A stretch of 64,000 nucleotides of DNA from Myxococcota bacterium. GTDB taxonomy: Bacteria; Myxococcota_A; UBA9160; SZUA-336. Position numbers and translations under genes: made by a program. The notes beneath the pieces are model-generated. The model saw only the letters and a list, made by a program, of their open reading frames with translations, made no database searches and was not told the origin of the DNA. Below are positions 49,823 to 59,046 of the stretch, one piece after another (position 1 is the stretch's first letter; every line of letters begins with the position of its first letter). The DNA is taken from NCBI GenBank assembly GCA_965247115.1, contig CBDFGR010000003.1, positions 2,240,001-2,304,000 on the forward strand. Reading direction: 5' to 3'.

Positions 49823-49895
49823 CCCACAAACCAACACCGCATGAGCTCTGCCCCCTACCTAGGGCCCGGAAGCAGCACCGGTGTTGGAGGCTCAA

Positions 49896-50013
49896 GGAGT
49901 CGGAGGCCGGGAACGTCCCCCGGAGGACTGTGGTAGCGGTCCCCGAAGCGAGCACCCCGCCTGAACACGCAAGGAGCGGAGTCCTCCGGGGGACGTTCCC
50001 GGCCTCCGACTCC
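49896..50013. repeat. Repeat family B copy (perfect 34-bp inverted arms, 50-nt spacer)
   Basis: GGAGTCGGAGGCCGGGAACGTCCCCCGGAGGACT and its exact reverse complement. Confidence 0.92.
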
Positions 50014-50101
50014 GCCCTCCGTCGAACCCCAAAAGCTCCACGCGGAACTCGCAGAAAACCGGCAACCCTCTCGACAAACGCGCGAGCCCCCGCGCCTTCC
50101 C

Positions 50102-50344
50102 TCAGCCGCTGCGTTCCAATGAACGAGAATCATCGTAAAGCTTCAACACCTCAACCTGACCTGCCTGCCCAACCCCCAGGCAAAGCTCACACAACGTACA
50201 CTCATCCACGTTTCCATCGACGATCTGCAGCTCGCCTTCCACCTCCCGAAAGATGTCGACCGGGCAGACCTCGACCAGCTTCGCCACCAGCGCTGCGTTC
50301 TGCCGCAGCGCGTCATCCACCCGGACCTCGATGAAGAGCGCCAT
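50102..50344 (-). CDS. Ferredoxin (single 4Fe-4S)
   Basis: VCPVDIF and CTLCELC. Confidence 0.8.
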   Translation of the reverse strand: MALFIEVRVDDALRQNAALVAKLVEVCPVDIFREVEGELQIVDGNVDECTLCELCLGVGQAGQVEVLKLYDDSRSLERSG

Positions 50345-50352
50345 CGTGTGCC

Positions 50353-51258
50353 TCAGAATCCCGCCGCCAGCTGCTGCTCGAGCAGGGCGGGCATGTCCTC
50401 GATCTTCTCGGCGACGGCGATGCCGGCCTCGTTCAAGCGCTCGATCTTCTCGCTGGCCGTATCCGCCCGGCCCTCCACGATGGTGCCGGCGTGGCCGAAG
50501 CGCATGCCCGGCATCTCGTCCATGAAGCGGCCGGCCATGAACGCCACGATCGGCAGCCGGGACTCGTTCTCTCTGGCCCAGCGCGCAAGGTCCGCCTCCA
50601 TGCGGCCACCCGGCTCCGAGTAGATCGCGATCGCCTGCGTCTCGGGATCCTCCTCGAAGAGCGGCATGAGCTCGGCGTAGCTCTGGCCGATGATCGCGTC
50701 GCCTCCGATCGAGATCGCGGTCGACTGGCCCAGGCCCGCAGCAGTCAGGGTGTTGCAGATCTCGGTGGTCATGCCGCCTGAGCGGGACATGACCCCGATC
50801 GCTCCCTTCGTGAACGCCTTCCTGGCGTCCTCGGCCCGCCCCCCGAGTCCTCCGACCTTGGCCTCGCCGGGCGAGAGCACGCCGAGGCAGTTCGGGCCGA
50901 TCACGCGTGCACCGCGCTGACCGGCGAGCTCCACGACCTGCGCGACCTCGTAGCGCGGGATGTTCTCGGTCACGATCACGAGCAGGGGAATGCCCGCTTC
51001 GAGCGCTTCGAAGGCGGCGTCGCGCGAGAAGGCGGGAGGCACGGAGATCACCGAGGCATCGACGCGCGTCTTCCTCGTGATCTGCTCGACCGTATCGTAG
51101 ACAGGCACACCGTGGACGTCGCGCCCGGCGCGTCCGGGAGTCACTCCCCCCACGATCTTCGTGCCGTAGTCCAGACCCTCGCGCGTCATCGTCACGGCCT
51201 CGCGGCCGGTGATGCCCTGAATGATGACCGTGGTGTCCCGGGTGATAAGGATCGCCAC
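50353..51258 (-). CDS. Succinyl-CoA ligase alpha-like subunit
   Basis: QGITG, GGVTPG, IGPNCLG, SRSGGMT, SIGGD, phospho-His motif FGHAG. Confidence 0.9.
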   Translation of the reverse strand: MAILITRDTTVIIQGITGREAVTMTREGLDYGTKIVGGVTPGRAGRDVHGVPVYDTVEQITRKTRVDASVISVPPAFSRDAAFEALEAGIPLLVIVTENIPRYEVAQVVELAGQRGARVIGPNCLGVLSPGEAKVGGLGGRAEDARKAFTKGAIGVMSRSGGMTTEICNTLTAAGLGQSTAISIGGDAIIGQSYAELMPLFEEDPETQAIAIYSEPGGRMEADLARWARENESRLPIVAFMAGRFMDEMPGMRFGHAGTIVEGRADTASEKIERLNEAGIAVAEKIEDMPALLEQQLAAGF

Positions 51259-51260
51259 GC

Positions 51261-52466
51261 TCAGCCCTTCATCCTGGCCACCGCTCGACCTGCCGCCTCG
51301 TACATCGAGACCGAGCGATCGCAGTACTCGACACCGTACTTCTTCAGGATCTTGAAGCCGTCCCGTTCCCACGAGCCAGGGATGCGAAAGATGGCGATCT
51401 TCTCGGCCGGATCGCCGCCTGCCTCGATCACGCCCTTGATCACGCCTCGCGCCACCATGTCGACACGCGTGTTCGAGACGACGTTCATCATGACCGCGAC
51501 CTTCTCCACGCCGGGCTTGGACAGGATGAGCTTGGTCAGGTTACACACTTTGCTGACACTGGGATTGCCGCCGATCTCGCAGTAGTTGGCCGGGTCGCCG
51601 CCATGCTTCTTGACCGCGTCAAAGAGTGTGAGCGAGCCGCCGCCCGCCCCGATGATGAGTCCCAGCGTGCCGTCGAACTCGGTGACGTTTCCTGCGATGC
51701 CGCGATGATCGACGGCGTTGATCTCGGCGCCCGCAAGCTCGAAGGGTGTGGGAGGTCGCGCCTGCCGTGTCTCGTCGTCGCCCACCCCGAGCTCCGTCAG
51801 GATCTCGCGCTGCTGACTGCGCGCCTCCGCTTCCATGTCAACGTGCGCGTCCAGCGCGACGAACGAGCCATCCTCGAGCTTTGCCAGCGGATTGATCTCT
51901 GCGAGTGTGAGTCCATACGTGACGAACACTCTCGCCAGGCTCGCGACGACGCGCGTCAACCGGACGAGGTCAGGGCCCGAGATGCCCAGATCGGACACGA
52001 GCTCCTTTGCCATGTAGTCCGAGACCGGGCGCAGCGATGAGCAGTGACGCCGCGCGATGTGCTCTGGGTGCTGCTCTGCCACCTCCTCGATGTCGATGCC
52101 GCCCATGTCGGAGAGGATCATGACGGGCCGCTTTGCGATGCCGTCCCATGTGACCGCGACGTAGTACTCCTCTGCAATCGCATGCCGGCCCTCGACCAGA
52201 ACGCCTCGAGGACGATGACCCGCGATCTCGAGCTCGAGGATCGCGCTTGCCGCGGTCTCGGCCTCGTCGGGGGTGTCCGCGAACAGTACCCCGCCAGCCT
52301 TCATGCGTCCACCCGTGAGCACGAGCGACTTCAAGACGCTGGGGCCACCGATCTCCGCCGCGATGGCGCGCGCCTCAGCGCTGCTCTTCGCCACCCGCGA
52401 CCCCGCGGGGAGCGGGATCCCGTGCTTACCGAAGAGGACCTTTGATTCGTGCTCGTAGAGGCGCAT
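51261..52466 (-). CDS. Succinyl-CoA ligase beta-like ATP-grasp subunit (divergent)
   Basis: MRLYEHESK, GGRMKAGGV, GGIDIEEVA, EINPL, ALDA, PANYCEIGGNP. Confidence 0.88.
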   Translation of the reverse strand: MRLYEHESKVLFGKHGIPLPAGSRVAKSSAEARAIAAEIGGPSVLKSLVLTGGRMKAGGVLFADTPDEAETAASAILELEIAGHRPRGVLVEGRHAIAEEYYVAVTWDGIAKRPVMILSDMGGIDIEEVAEQHPEHIARRHCSSLRPVSDYMAKELVSDLGISGPDLVRLTRVVASLARVFVTYGLTLAEINPLAKLEDGSFVALDAHVDMEAEARSQQREILTELGVGDDETRQARPPTPFELAGAEINAVDHRGIAGNVTEFDGTLGLIIGAGGGSLTLFDAVKKHGGDPANYCEIGGNPSVSKVCNLTKLILSKPGVEKVAVMMNVVSNTRVDMVARGVIKGVIEAGGDPAEKIAIFRIPGSWERDGFKILKKYGVEYCDRSVSMYEAAGRAVARMKG

Positions 52467-52547
52467 ACGGGAGACAGGCCGATCAGATCGGGCGCACCAT
52501 ACCACGGCGCCTCATGCTCTGGCAGCGCTGTGCCGACACCGCAACGG

Positions 52548-52635
52548 GCAAGCGCCGCGAACGCGGCGCGCGCAGCGAGGCGAAGCCGAGCGAAGGTGGG
52601 CAGCGCGCGGCCGCCCGCGCGCCGGGTCCCACAAG
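52548..52635 (+). repeat. Repeat family A copy
   Basis: Variant with a GGCGAAGCC hairpin. Confidence 0.88.
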
Positions 52636-52654
52636 AAGAGACAGAGGTGAGGCG

Positions 52655-52895
52655 ATGGGCAAGCTATTCGGCATCCTCGCGAATCGTCGTCGGCATCTGG
52701 ATCGGTCTCGAGGTGTACACCAAGGGAATGGATGCGGCCTTTGGCGGTGTCTTCGCGGGGTTGATGGATCCCGTGTCTGACTACGAGCCCAGTCCCGACG
52801 GTCGCAGCCCGGTGCGGCGGATCGGCGACAAGGTGCAGGAAAGCATCAATCTCGGCGCCGAACGCACGCGTCGCGGCGTCGAGCGCAGCGACTGA
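52655..52895 (+). CDS. Small membrane protein, frameshifted near 52682
   Basis: RBS GAGGTGAGG. MGKLFGILA continues as IVVGIWIGLEVYTKG if one A is removed from GCGAATC. Confidence 0.6.
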
Positions 52896-53360
52896 CTAGC
52901 TAGCGCTCTCGGTCTCTTCGGGCGCGGCGAGCTTCTCGAGCTCTCGCGTGACGGCCTCGGCGAGACTGTCCAGCTCCTCGTCCGTACCGGGTTGCTCGAT
53001 CAACTTGTCTGCGGAACGGCGCAGCATCAGGTTCAGACCCGCGTCCTCGCCTCCCCGGAAGTCCGTTCGGACCGCGACGATCGGCTTGGCTCGCGCGTAC
53101 GCGTACCCGCACTCCCAGGACGTCCCGGAGTCCGCATCCGGTCCGTCCAGCACCGCGACGAGGGTGTCGCAGCGATCGATCGCATCTCTGCACAGCTCGA
53201 AGGCACCGTGGAAGTCGGGTGGGTCGCGGAGCAGGGGACCCTGCGCGTCGTCCTGGGGCAGGAAGACCGCGTGCCCCGCCGTGGCCAGCAGCTCTGCGAG
53301 CTCGCGTAGCCAGCGTCGCTCGGACTGGGTGAAGAGCGGCCCCGCCAGGTAGAGATTCAC
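52896..53360 (-). CDS. Nucleoside 2-deoxyribosyltransferase/Rcl-like nucleotide glycosidase
   Basis: LYLAGPLF, FLPQ, DSGTSWECGYA, NLML. Confidence 0.88.
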   Translation of the reverse strand: MNLYLAGPLFTQSERRWLRELAELLATAGHAVFLPQDDAQGPLLRDPPDFHGAFELCRDAIDRCDTLVAVLDGPDADSGTSWECGYAYARAKPIVAVRTDFRGGEDAGLNLMLRRSADKLIEQPGTDEELDSLAEAVTRELEKLAAPEETESAS

Positions 53361-54112
53361 AAGATCCCCTTGTGCTGGCCGCCGTCGACCGACAGGCAGG
53401 CTCCGGTGATCCAGCTGGCTCGCTCTGAAGCGAGAAAGACAACGGCGTTTGCGATCTCCTCCGGGCGGCCGAGCCGCTGGAACGGGATTGACTCGCGCAC
53501 CTGCTCGTACAGCGAGGGGTTCTCCTTCGCGATCGCATCCCAGAGCCCACCGGGAAAGTCGATCGATCCCGGCGCGACCGTGTTCACACGGATGTTCTTC
53601 TCGGCGAGGGCGATGGCAAGGTTCTTCGAGTGGCTGATCAGGGCGGCCTTCATGGCGGAGTACGCCGGCGACCCGGCTGCCTCGATGGCCGCCGTCGAGG
53701 AGATGTGAATGATCGACCCTCCGCCCGCTTCCTCGAGCCATGGCACCACCTTCCAGGAAGCGCGCACGCTCCCCATCAGATCGATATCAAAGCTCGTCTT
53801 CCAGCTGGCCTCGTCGTCGGCATTCAGCAGGCCCGAGGCGTTGTTCACGAGCACGTCGACGTGTCCGAGCGCGTTCCTGGCCGCGTCCAGAAAACTCTCG
53901 AGAGAATCGGCCCGCGACACGTCCGCCAGCTCCGCGAAGACCTTCACCCCACGCTCGCGCAGCTCGCCCGCAGTGGCCTGCAGGTCGGGCTCCGCGCGCG
54001 CGCAGATCGCCACGTCGCTGCCCTCGTCCGCAAACCCGAGCGCGATCGAGCGCCCGATCCCGCGACTCGCGCCGGCCACGACGACCGCCTTTCCCGAAAG
54101 TCCCAGCTCCAC
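53357..54112 (-). CDS. Short-chain dehydrogenase/reductase
   Basis: GASRGIG, LVNNAS, YSAMK, RVNTVAPG, VDGG. Confidence 0.93.
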   Translation of the reverse strand: MELGLSGKAVVVAGASRGIGRSIALGFADEGSDVAICARAEPDLQATAGELRERGVKVFAELADVSRADSLESFLDAARNALGHVDVLVNNASGLLNADDEASWKTSFDIDLMGSVRASWKVVPWLEEAGGGSIIHISSTAAIEAAGSPAYSAMKAALISHSKNLAIALAEKNIRVNTVAPGSIDFPGGLWDAIAKENPSLYEQVRESIPFQRLGRPEEIANAVVFLASERASWITGACLSVDGGQHKGIL

Positions 54113-54121
54113 AAGAGCCTC

Positions 54122-54592
54122 CTACAGCCGTGCCTCGAGGTCGGGCCAGTCGATCAAGCTCTGGGCGGCAAACGCGCGCAGCAGGAGCTCCCGCAGCTCG
54201 CCCTCTTCACCACCGCGGAACTTCTCCAGCGCCTCTTCCAGTTTTGTACCCTCCGGGCACTCGGGGGTGTCGCCAGTGAGCTTTCCCTCCTCGTGCTCGA
54301 CGCCGAGCGCGTCGAGCAGCTCGCTCAGCAAGTCGTTCCGGTGCTCGAGGAAGTACTCTGCCAGGACCTCCTCTGCGGCGGGCGCCATCATCACGCGCGC
54401 CAGCGCTCTGCGCATCCACTCCGCCTGACGCGCCCGTGGCTGCTTCTTCAGGAACTGGGGTCGCAGCTTGAACGCCTGCGACGCTGCCGACAGCGCGATC
54501 CGCGCCACGTTGGGAGCGTCCTTGCGCAACTCCTCCAGGAAGCTTAGTGCCCGTTCGGGCGTCATCTCTCCGAAGATCTCGTTTGAGCGCAC
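54122..54592 (-). CDS. Hypothetical helical protein
   Basis: Protein-like ORF (LRPQFL, LLDALGVEHEEG); TACCCT lies 6 nt before the GTG. Confidence 0.7.
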   Translation of the reverse strand: MRSNEIFGEMTPERALSFLEELRKDAPNVARIALSAASQAFKLRPQFLKKQPRARQAEWMRRALARVMMAPAAEEVLAEYFLEHRNDLLSELLDALGVEHEEGKLTGDTPECPEGTKLEEALEKFRGGEEGELRELLLRAFAAQSLIDWPDLEARL

Positions 54593-54631
54593 GCCGAGAG
54601 GGTAGTCGATCACACGAAGAGCGGGTATCAC

Positions 54632-54779
54632 GCAAGCGCCGCGGAACGCGGCGCGCGCAGCGAAGGGCGAAGCCCTGAGCGAAGGTGGGTGGCCGTCAGC
54701 GGCCCGCGGGTCGCTGACCCGCGGGAGGACCGCTCGCGCGCCGGGTCCCACAAGGCAAGCGCCCGCGGCCGGGTCCCAC
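54632..54779 (+). repeat. Repeat family A copy with an internal insert and a duplicated 3' tail
   Basis: Insert GTCAGCGGCCCGCGGGTCGCTGAC, also seen at about 59206. Confidence 0.88.
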
Positions 54780-54809
54780 TAGGCTCATCTTGGTAGCCTC
54801 CGGGTTGCA

Positions 54810-56570
54810 ATGGACTTCTGGCTGACGCTGGGAATTCTGGGACTGATGATCGTGGGGCTGCTCCAGGAGCGGCTCACCCCCGACACTCTGGTTTTTGGGG
54901 CGCTCGTCTTATTGATGCTCGTGGGGGTGGTGGAGCCCGAAGAGGCGCTCGGCGGCTTTGCGAGTACTACGGTCTTCACGGTGCTGGCGCTCTTCATCGT
55001 CGCCGGGGCGATGCAACAGACGGGCGCGCTCGAGGGTGTCTCGCGGCGGCTGTTCGGCGTCGCGGGCAGCTTACGAAGAGCGCTCTTGCGACTCTGCGGC
55101 ATCGCGACGCTGGCTTCCGCCTTTCTCAACAACACGCCGATCGTCGCCGTGCTGCTCCCCGCCACGCTTGGCTGGGCGAAGCGGATGCGGATCTCGCCGT
55201 CGAAGCTGCTGATCCCGCTCTCCTACGCCGCAGTCGCCGGCGGAGTCTGCACGCTGATCGGAACCTCGACGAATCTGGTTGTGCACGGGCTGATGCAGGG
55301 CCGGGGCATGTCAGGCCTCGGGATGTTCGAGCTCGCCTGGGTCGGGGTCCCCTGCGCGCTCGTCTCGATTGCAGTGGTGATCAGTCTGGCCCCGCGCGTA
55401 CTTCCTGACCGCATCGACGTGCTGGACCAGGTCGAAGAGGACCAGCGCCGCTATCTGGTCGAGCTGGAGCTCCGGGAGCCGTCGCCTCTGATCGGCCAGA
55501 CCATCGAGGCGGCCGGGCTGCGCCACCTGCCCGGGCTCTTCCTCGTGCGGATCGAGCGCTCGACTGGGACGATCTCTCCCGTCGCTCCCGAGGAGAAGCT
55601 GCTCCGGGGGGATCGGCTGAGCTTCGCGGGCGTGGTCGACACCATCGTCGACCTGCAGAAGTTTCGCGGTCTGGTGACCGCGGTCCACGAGCAGGCGCCG
55701 CGCGGCGCTGCGCGCTGGAGCCTGCACGAGGCGGTGGTTGCGGCTGGCTCGCCGCTGGTGGGTCAGAACATTCGCGCGGCAGGCTTCCGCGGTCGCTACA
55801 ACGCCGCGGTCGTTGCCGTCCACAGCCATGGCGAGCGCGTGGAGAGCAAGATCGGCGACATCGTCCTGCGTCCCGGCGACGTGCTGCTGATCGAGGCGCA
55901 GCCAGGCTTCGCGCGGAGCTTTCGCAACTCGAGAGACTTCTATCTGGTGAGTGAGGTCGAGGGGAGCACGCAGCCGCTGCATCAGCGCTCCGGCTGGGCG
56001 TCCATTATTCTCGCTGGCGTCGTTCTGCTGGCCGCGACCGGAGTCGTGCCGGTGGTGCTCGCCGCCCTCGGGGGTGCGGCCGCGGCCGTTGCTGTGCGCT
56101 GCATCGCTCCGGGCGACGCGCGTGGCGCGATCGATCTCTCCGTGCTGGCGGTGATCGGAGCCTCGTTGGGGCTGGCTCGCGCCCTCGACAAGAGTGGCGT
56201 GGCGGCGGCGATCGCCGATCTGCTGGTCGAGGCCGGACGCGGACTCGGGCCGTTCGGCGTCCTCGTCGCCGTCTATCTCGCGACGATGCTGCTCACCGAG
56301 ATCATCAGCAACAACGCGGCCGCCGCACTTGTTTTCCCGATCGCCTTCGCGGCTGCCTCTCAGCTCGGCGTGGACCCGCGCCCCTTCGCAATCGCGGTGG
56401 CCGTGGCCGCGTCGCTGTCGCTCGCGACCCCACTTGGCTACCAGACGAACCTCATGGTCTACGGTCCGGGTGGGTATCGGTTCAGCGACTTTCTGCGCAT
56501 TGGCGCCCCTCTGCAGCTGATTCTCGCCGGCGTCGCGCTCTTCGTGATCCCGCGGGTCTGGAGCTTCTAG
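54810..56570 (+). CDS. SLC13/DASS permease with TrkA-C domains
   Basis: SAFLNNTP, TLIGTSTN, two RCK-C repeats, SNNAAA, TPLGYQTNLMVYGPGGY. Confidence 0.93.
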   Translation: MDFWLTLGILGLMIVGLLQERLTPDTLVFGALVLLMLVGVVEPEEALGGFASTTVFTVLALFIVAGAMQQTGALEGVSRRLFGVAGSLRRALLRLCGIATLASAFLNNTPIVAVLLPATLGWAKRMRISPSKLLIPLSYAAVAGGVCTLIGTSTNLVVHGLMQGRGMSGLGMFELAWVGVPCALVSIAVVISLAPRVLPDRIDVLDQVEEDQRRYLVELELREPSPLIGQTIEAAGLRHLPGLFLVRIERSTGTISPVAPEEKLLRGDRLSFAGVVDTIVDLQKFRGLVTAVHEQAPRGAARWSLHEAVVAAGSPLVGQNIRAAGFRGRYNAAVVAVHSHGERVESKIGDIVLRPGDVLLIEAQPGFARSFRNSRDFYLVSEVEGSTQPLHQRSGWASIILAGVVLLAATGVVPVVLAALGGAAAAVAVRCIAPGDARGAIDLSVLAVIGASLGLARALDKSGVAAAIADLLVEAGRGLGPFGVLVAVYLATMLLTEIISNNAAAALVFPIAFAAASQLGVDPRPFAIAVAVAASLSLATPLGYQTNLMVYGPGGYRFSDFLRIGAPLQLILAGVALFVIPRVWSF

Positions 56571-56627
56571 CGCGTTCAGCTAGGACTGCGAAGCACTCGG
56601 ATCCGCTGCGAATCTGCGTTCCCCCTG

Positions 56628-56655
56628 TCAACCCGGCTGGCACGCCTGCCGATGG
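56628..56655 (+). promoter_or_regulatory. Sigma28-like promoter of the Hpt-DGC operon
   Basis: TCAA-N16-GCCGATGG. Confidence 0.55.
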
Positions 56656-56714
56656 ACTCTTGCAGCGGAACGCGGGCCCGAGGGGGCTCCTGCGCCCTGC
56701 CTCGAAAGGCGACG

Positions 56715-57026
56715 ATGGATCCGATCCGAAGCATCTATGAGGACGACCCGGACATGATCGATATCGTTCGGGAGTTCGCGGATGAGCTGCCAGGCCGGGC
56801 GGAATCCGTCGAGAGTCTGCTGCAGCAGGGGGACCTGGGCGAGCTCCAGCGGCTCGCGCACCAGCTCAAAGGAGCGGGAGGCGGCTACGGATTTGCCCCG
56901 GTCACCGAGGTCGCGGCCGCTCTCGAGCAAGCTCTGAAGGACGGTGTCGACGCAACTGCTCTCGAGGCGCGGGCCTCCGCGCTGTGCGATACGTTGCGTG
57001 CCGTAGAGGTCTCGAAGGAAGTTTGA
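56715..57026 (+). CDS. Hpt phosphotransfer protein
   Basis: LAHQLKGAGGGYG. Confidence 0.9.
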   Translation: MDPIRSIYEDDPDMIDIVREFADELPGRAESVESLLQQGDLGELQRLAHQLKGAGGGYGFAPVTEVAAALEQALKDGVDATALEARASALCDTLRAVEVSKEV

Positions 57027-57961
57027 ATCCCGAAGTCCCAAATCCGACGCGCGTCCTCGTCATCGATGACACGGTGTCGATCCACAAGCTCATCGTGGCT
57101 CGCCTGCGACCCGAGGGTCTGGAGGTGACGGCAGAGCTGGACGGCCAGGCGGGCCTCGAGCGCGCGATCGCCGATGCGCCCGATTTGATCCTGCTGGACA
57201 TCGGCCTTCCCAAGGTCGACGGCTTCGAGGTCTGCCGGCAGCTCAAGGAGCATCGCGCCACGCGAAACATCCCGATCATCTTCCTCACGGGCGAGGCGGA
57301 CAGGGAGTCGAAGGTGCGCGGCCTGGATCTCGGCGCCGTGGACTACGTGACGAAGCCCTTTGACGAGATCGAGCTGCGGGCCCGTGTGCGGGCAGCGCTG
57401 CGCACGAAGCGTCTGCAGGACATGCTGGAGCAGCAGTCCTTTCTCGACGGCCTCACCGGTCTTTGGAACCGCGCCTACCTCGATCGGCGCCTCGAGGCCG
57501 AGCTGAACGTCGCGGATCGGTACGGTCGGCCCCTGTCCGTTGTGATGGCCGACGTGGACAACTTCAAGCCGATCAACGACACGCATGGACACCTGTTCGG
57601 CGACATCGTGCTGCAAGGGATCGCCGAATCCCTGAGCGCGAGCGCGCGCCGCTCCGACATCGTCGCCCGCTACGGCGGCGAGGAGTTCGGGATCTTGCTC
57701 ACGGACACGAACCTGAAGGCGGCCGAGTACGTCTCCGAACGTCTGCGCGCGTCCATCGAGAGCCGGCTCTACGAGGCTCGCAGCGACGCCATTCGCGTCA
57801 CGGCAAGCTTCGGTGTCTCCTGCACCGAAGACATCGACTGCGAACTAACGCCAGCGAGTCTCATCCAAGCCGCCGACCGCGCCCTCTACGCCTCGAAGGA
57901 GGCCGGCCGGAACTGCATCCACCTGTTCCGCCATGGCGAGCTAGTCTACCTCCCCGACTAA
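57023..57961 (+). CDS. Receiver-domain diguanylate cyclase
   Basis: Receiver (IDD, LLDIGLP, KPF); DGLTGLWNR, RRSD I-site, GGEEF. Confidence 0.94.
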   Translation: MNPEVPNPTRVLVIDDTVSIHKLIVARLRPEGLEVTAELDGQAGLERAIADAPDLILLDIGLPKVDGFEVCRQLKEHRATRNIPIIFLTGEADRESKVRGLDLGAVDYVTKPFDEIELRARVRAALRTKRLQDMLEQQSFLDGLTGLWNRAYLDRRLEAELNVADRYGRPLSVVMADVDNFKPINDTHGHLFGDIVLQGIAESLSASARRSDIVARYGGEEFGILLTDTNLKAAEYVSERLRASIESRLYEARSDAIRVTASFGVSCTEDIDCELTPASLIQAADRALYASKEAGRNCIHLFRHGELVYLPD

Positions 57962-57976
57962 CCCCGTCCTCGACCC

Positions 57977-58217
57977 CCGCGCGTCGGGCCCTGCAGAACG
58001 CAAACCGCGCCCACGTGGCGCCGGGCCCCGCAAAATGCAAACCGCGCCTATGGCGCGGTGCGCAGCGAGGCGTAAGCCGAGCGAAGAGCGGGTGGCGCGC
58101 GGCCGCCCGCGCGTCGGGCCCCGCAAGGAATGCAAGCCGCGCCCACGGCGCGGCGCGCAGCGAGGCGAAGCCGAGCGAAGGGGGGTGGCGCGCGGCCGCC
58201 CGCGCGCCGGGTCCCCC
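57977..58217 (+). repeat. Tandem family A copies (truncated piece + 58036-58127 + 58131-58217)
   Basis: Head-to-tail variants of the family A consensus. Confidence 0.85.
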
Positions 58218-58262
58218 ATGTAGGGGTGGCCGAAACCCCGCCGGCGTGCCAACCTTGCTGGC

Positions 58263-59045
58263 GTGGAGACGCCAGTCCATTTCTATGCTGAGAAGCAGCT
58301 GCGTGAGCCCGTCCTCGTGCTGTGCTACGCGGGTTGGAACGACGGCGGCGACGCCGCAACCACGGCGGGCCGATTTCTGCTCGAGGCGTTTGCGGCCAAG
58401 TCGTATGCGTACATCGACTCCGAAGAGTTCCTCGACTTCACGGTGGTGAGACCCCAGGTCCGGATGGCAGAGGAGAATGCCCGCAACATCCGCTGGCCGA
58501 ATCTCGAGTTCTTCTCGATCGAGGTGGAGAGCCAGCCCATCGACATGCTCGTGGGACTCGGCGTCGAGCCGCACCTGCGCTGGAGGGCGTACACACGAGC
58601 GGTGCTCGAGTTCGTCGAGCGCGCCGGGGTGCGCATGGTCGTCTTGCTCGGCGCCATGCTAGACGAGGTGATCTACTCGCAGCCGGTGCAGGTCGTCGGA
58701 TTCACGTCCGAGCCCGAGCTGCAGAAGCAGCTCGGCCTCTCGCGCTCGAGCTACGAGGGCCCGACGGGAATCGTCGGTGTGCTAGGCGAGGCGCTGAGGC
58801 GCGAGGGAACCCAGACGCTCAGCCTGTGGGCCCGCCTCCCGCACTATGTCTCGCAGACACCGTACACCCGCGCCTCGCTGGCGCTGCTCCAGAAGCTGGA
58901 GGCGATCACCCGCTTCCCCATCGACCTGTCCCCCCTGGAGGCGCAGGCCGCCGAGTTCGACCAGTCGGTCTCGGAGATGATCGCAAACGACCCCCAGCTC
59001 AGCGCCTACGTCCGCGAACTAAAACGCCGCGCATTCTCCCAGTAA
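58263..59045 (+). CDS. PAC2 (proteasome assembly chaperone 2) family protein
   Basis: GWNDGGDAAT, DFTVVRP, GVEPHLRW, SYEGPTGIVGV, LWARLPHY, YVRELK. Confidence 0.9.
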   Translation: METPVHFYAEKQLREPVLVLCYAGWNDGGDAATTAGRFLLEAFAAKSYAYIDSEEFLDFTVVRPQVRMAEENARNIRWPNLEFFSIEVESQPIDMLVGLGVEPHLRWRAYTRAVLEFVERAGVRMVVLLGAMLDEVIYSQPVQVVGFTSEPELQKQLGLSRSSYEGPTGIVGVLGEALRREGTQTLSLWARLPHYVSQTPYTRASLALLQKLEAITRFPIDLSPLEAQAAEFDQSVSEMIANDPQLSAYVRELKRRAFSQ

Positions 59046-59046
59046 C

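Noticed and set aside
57977..58217. Tandem repeats as a CRISPR array
   Set aside because: Units are about 90 bp, degenerate and lack unique spacers; no cas genes; they belong to dispersed family A.
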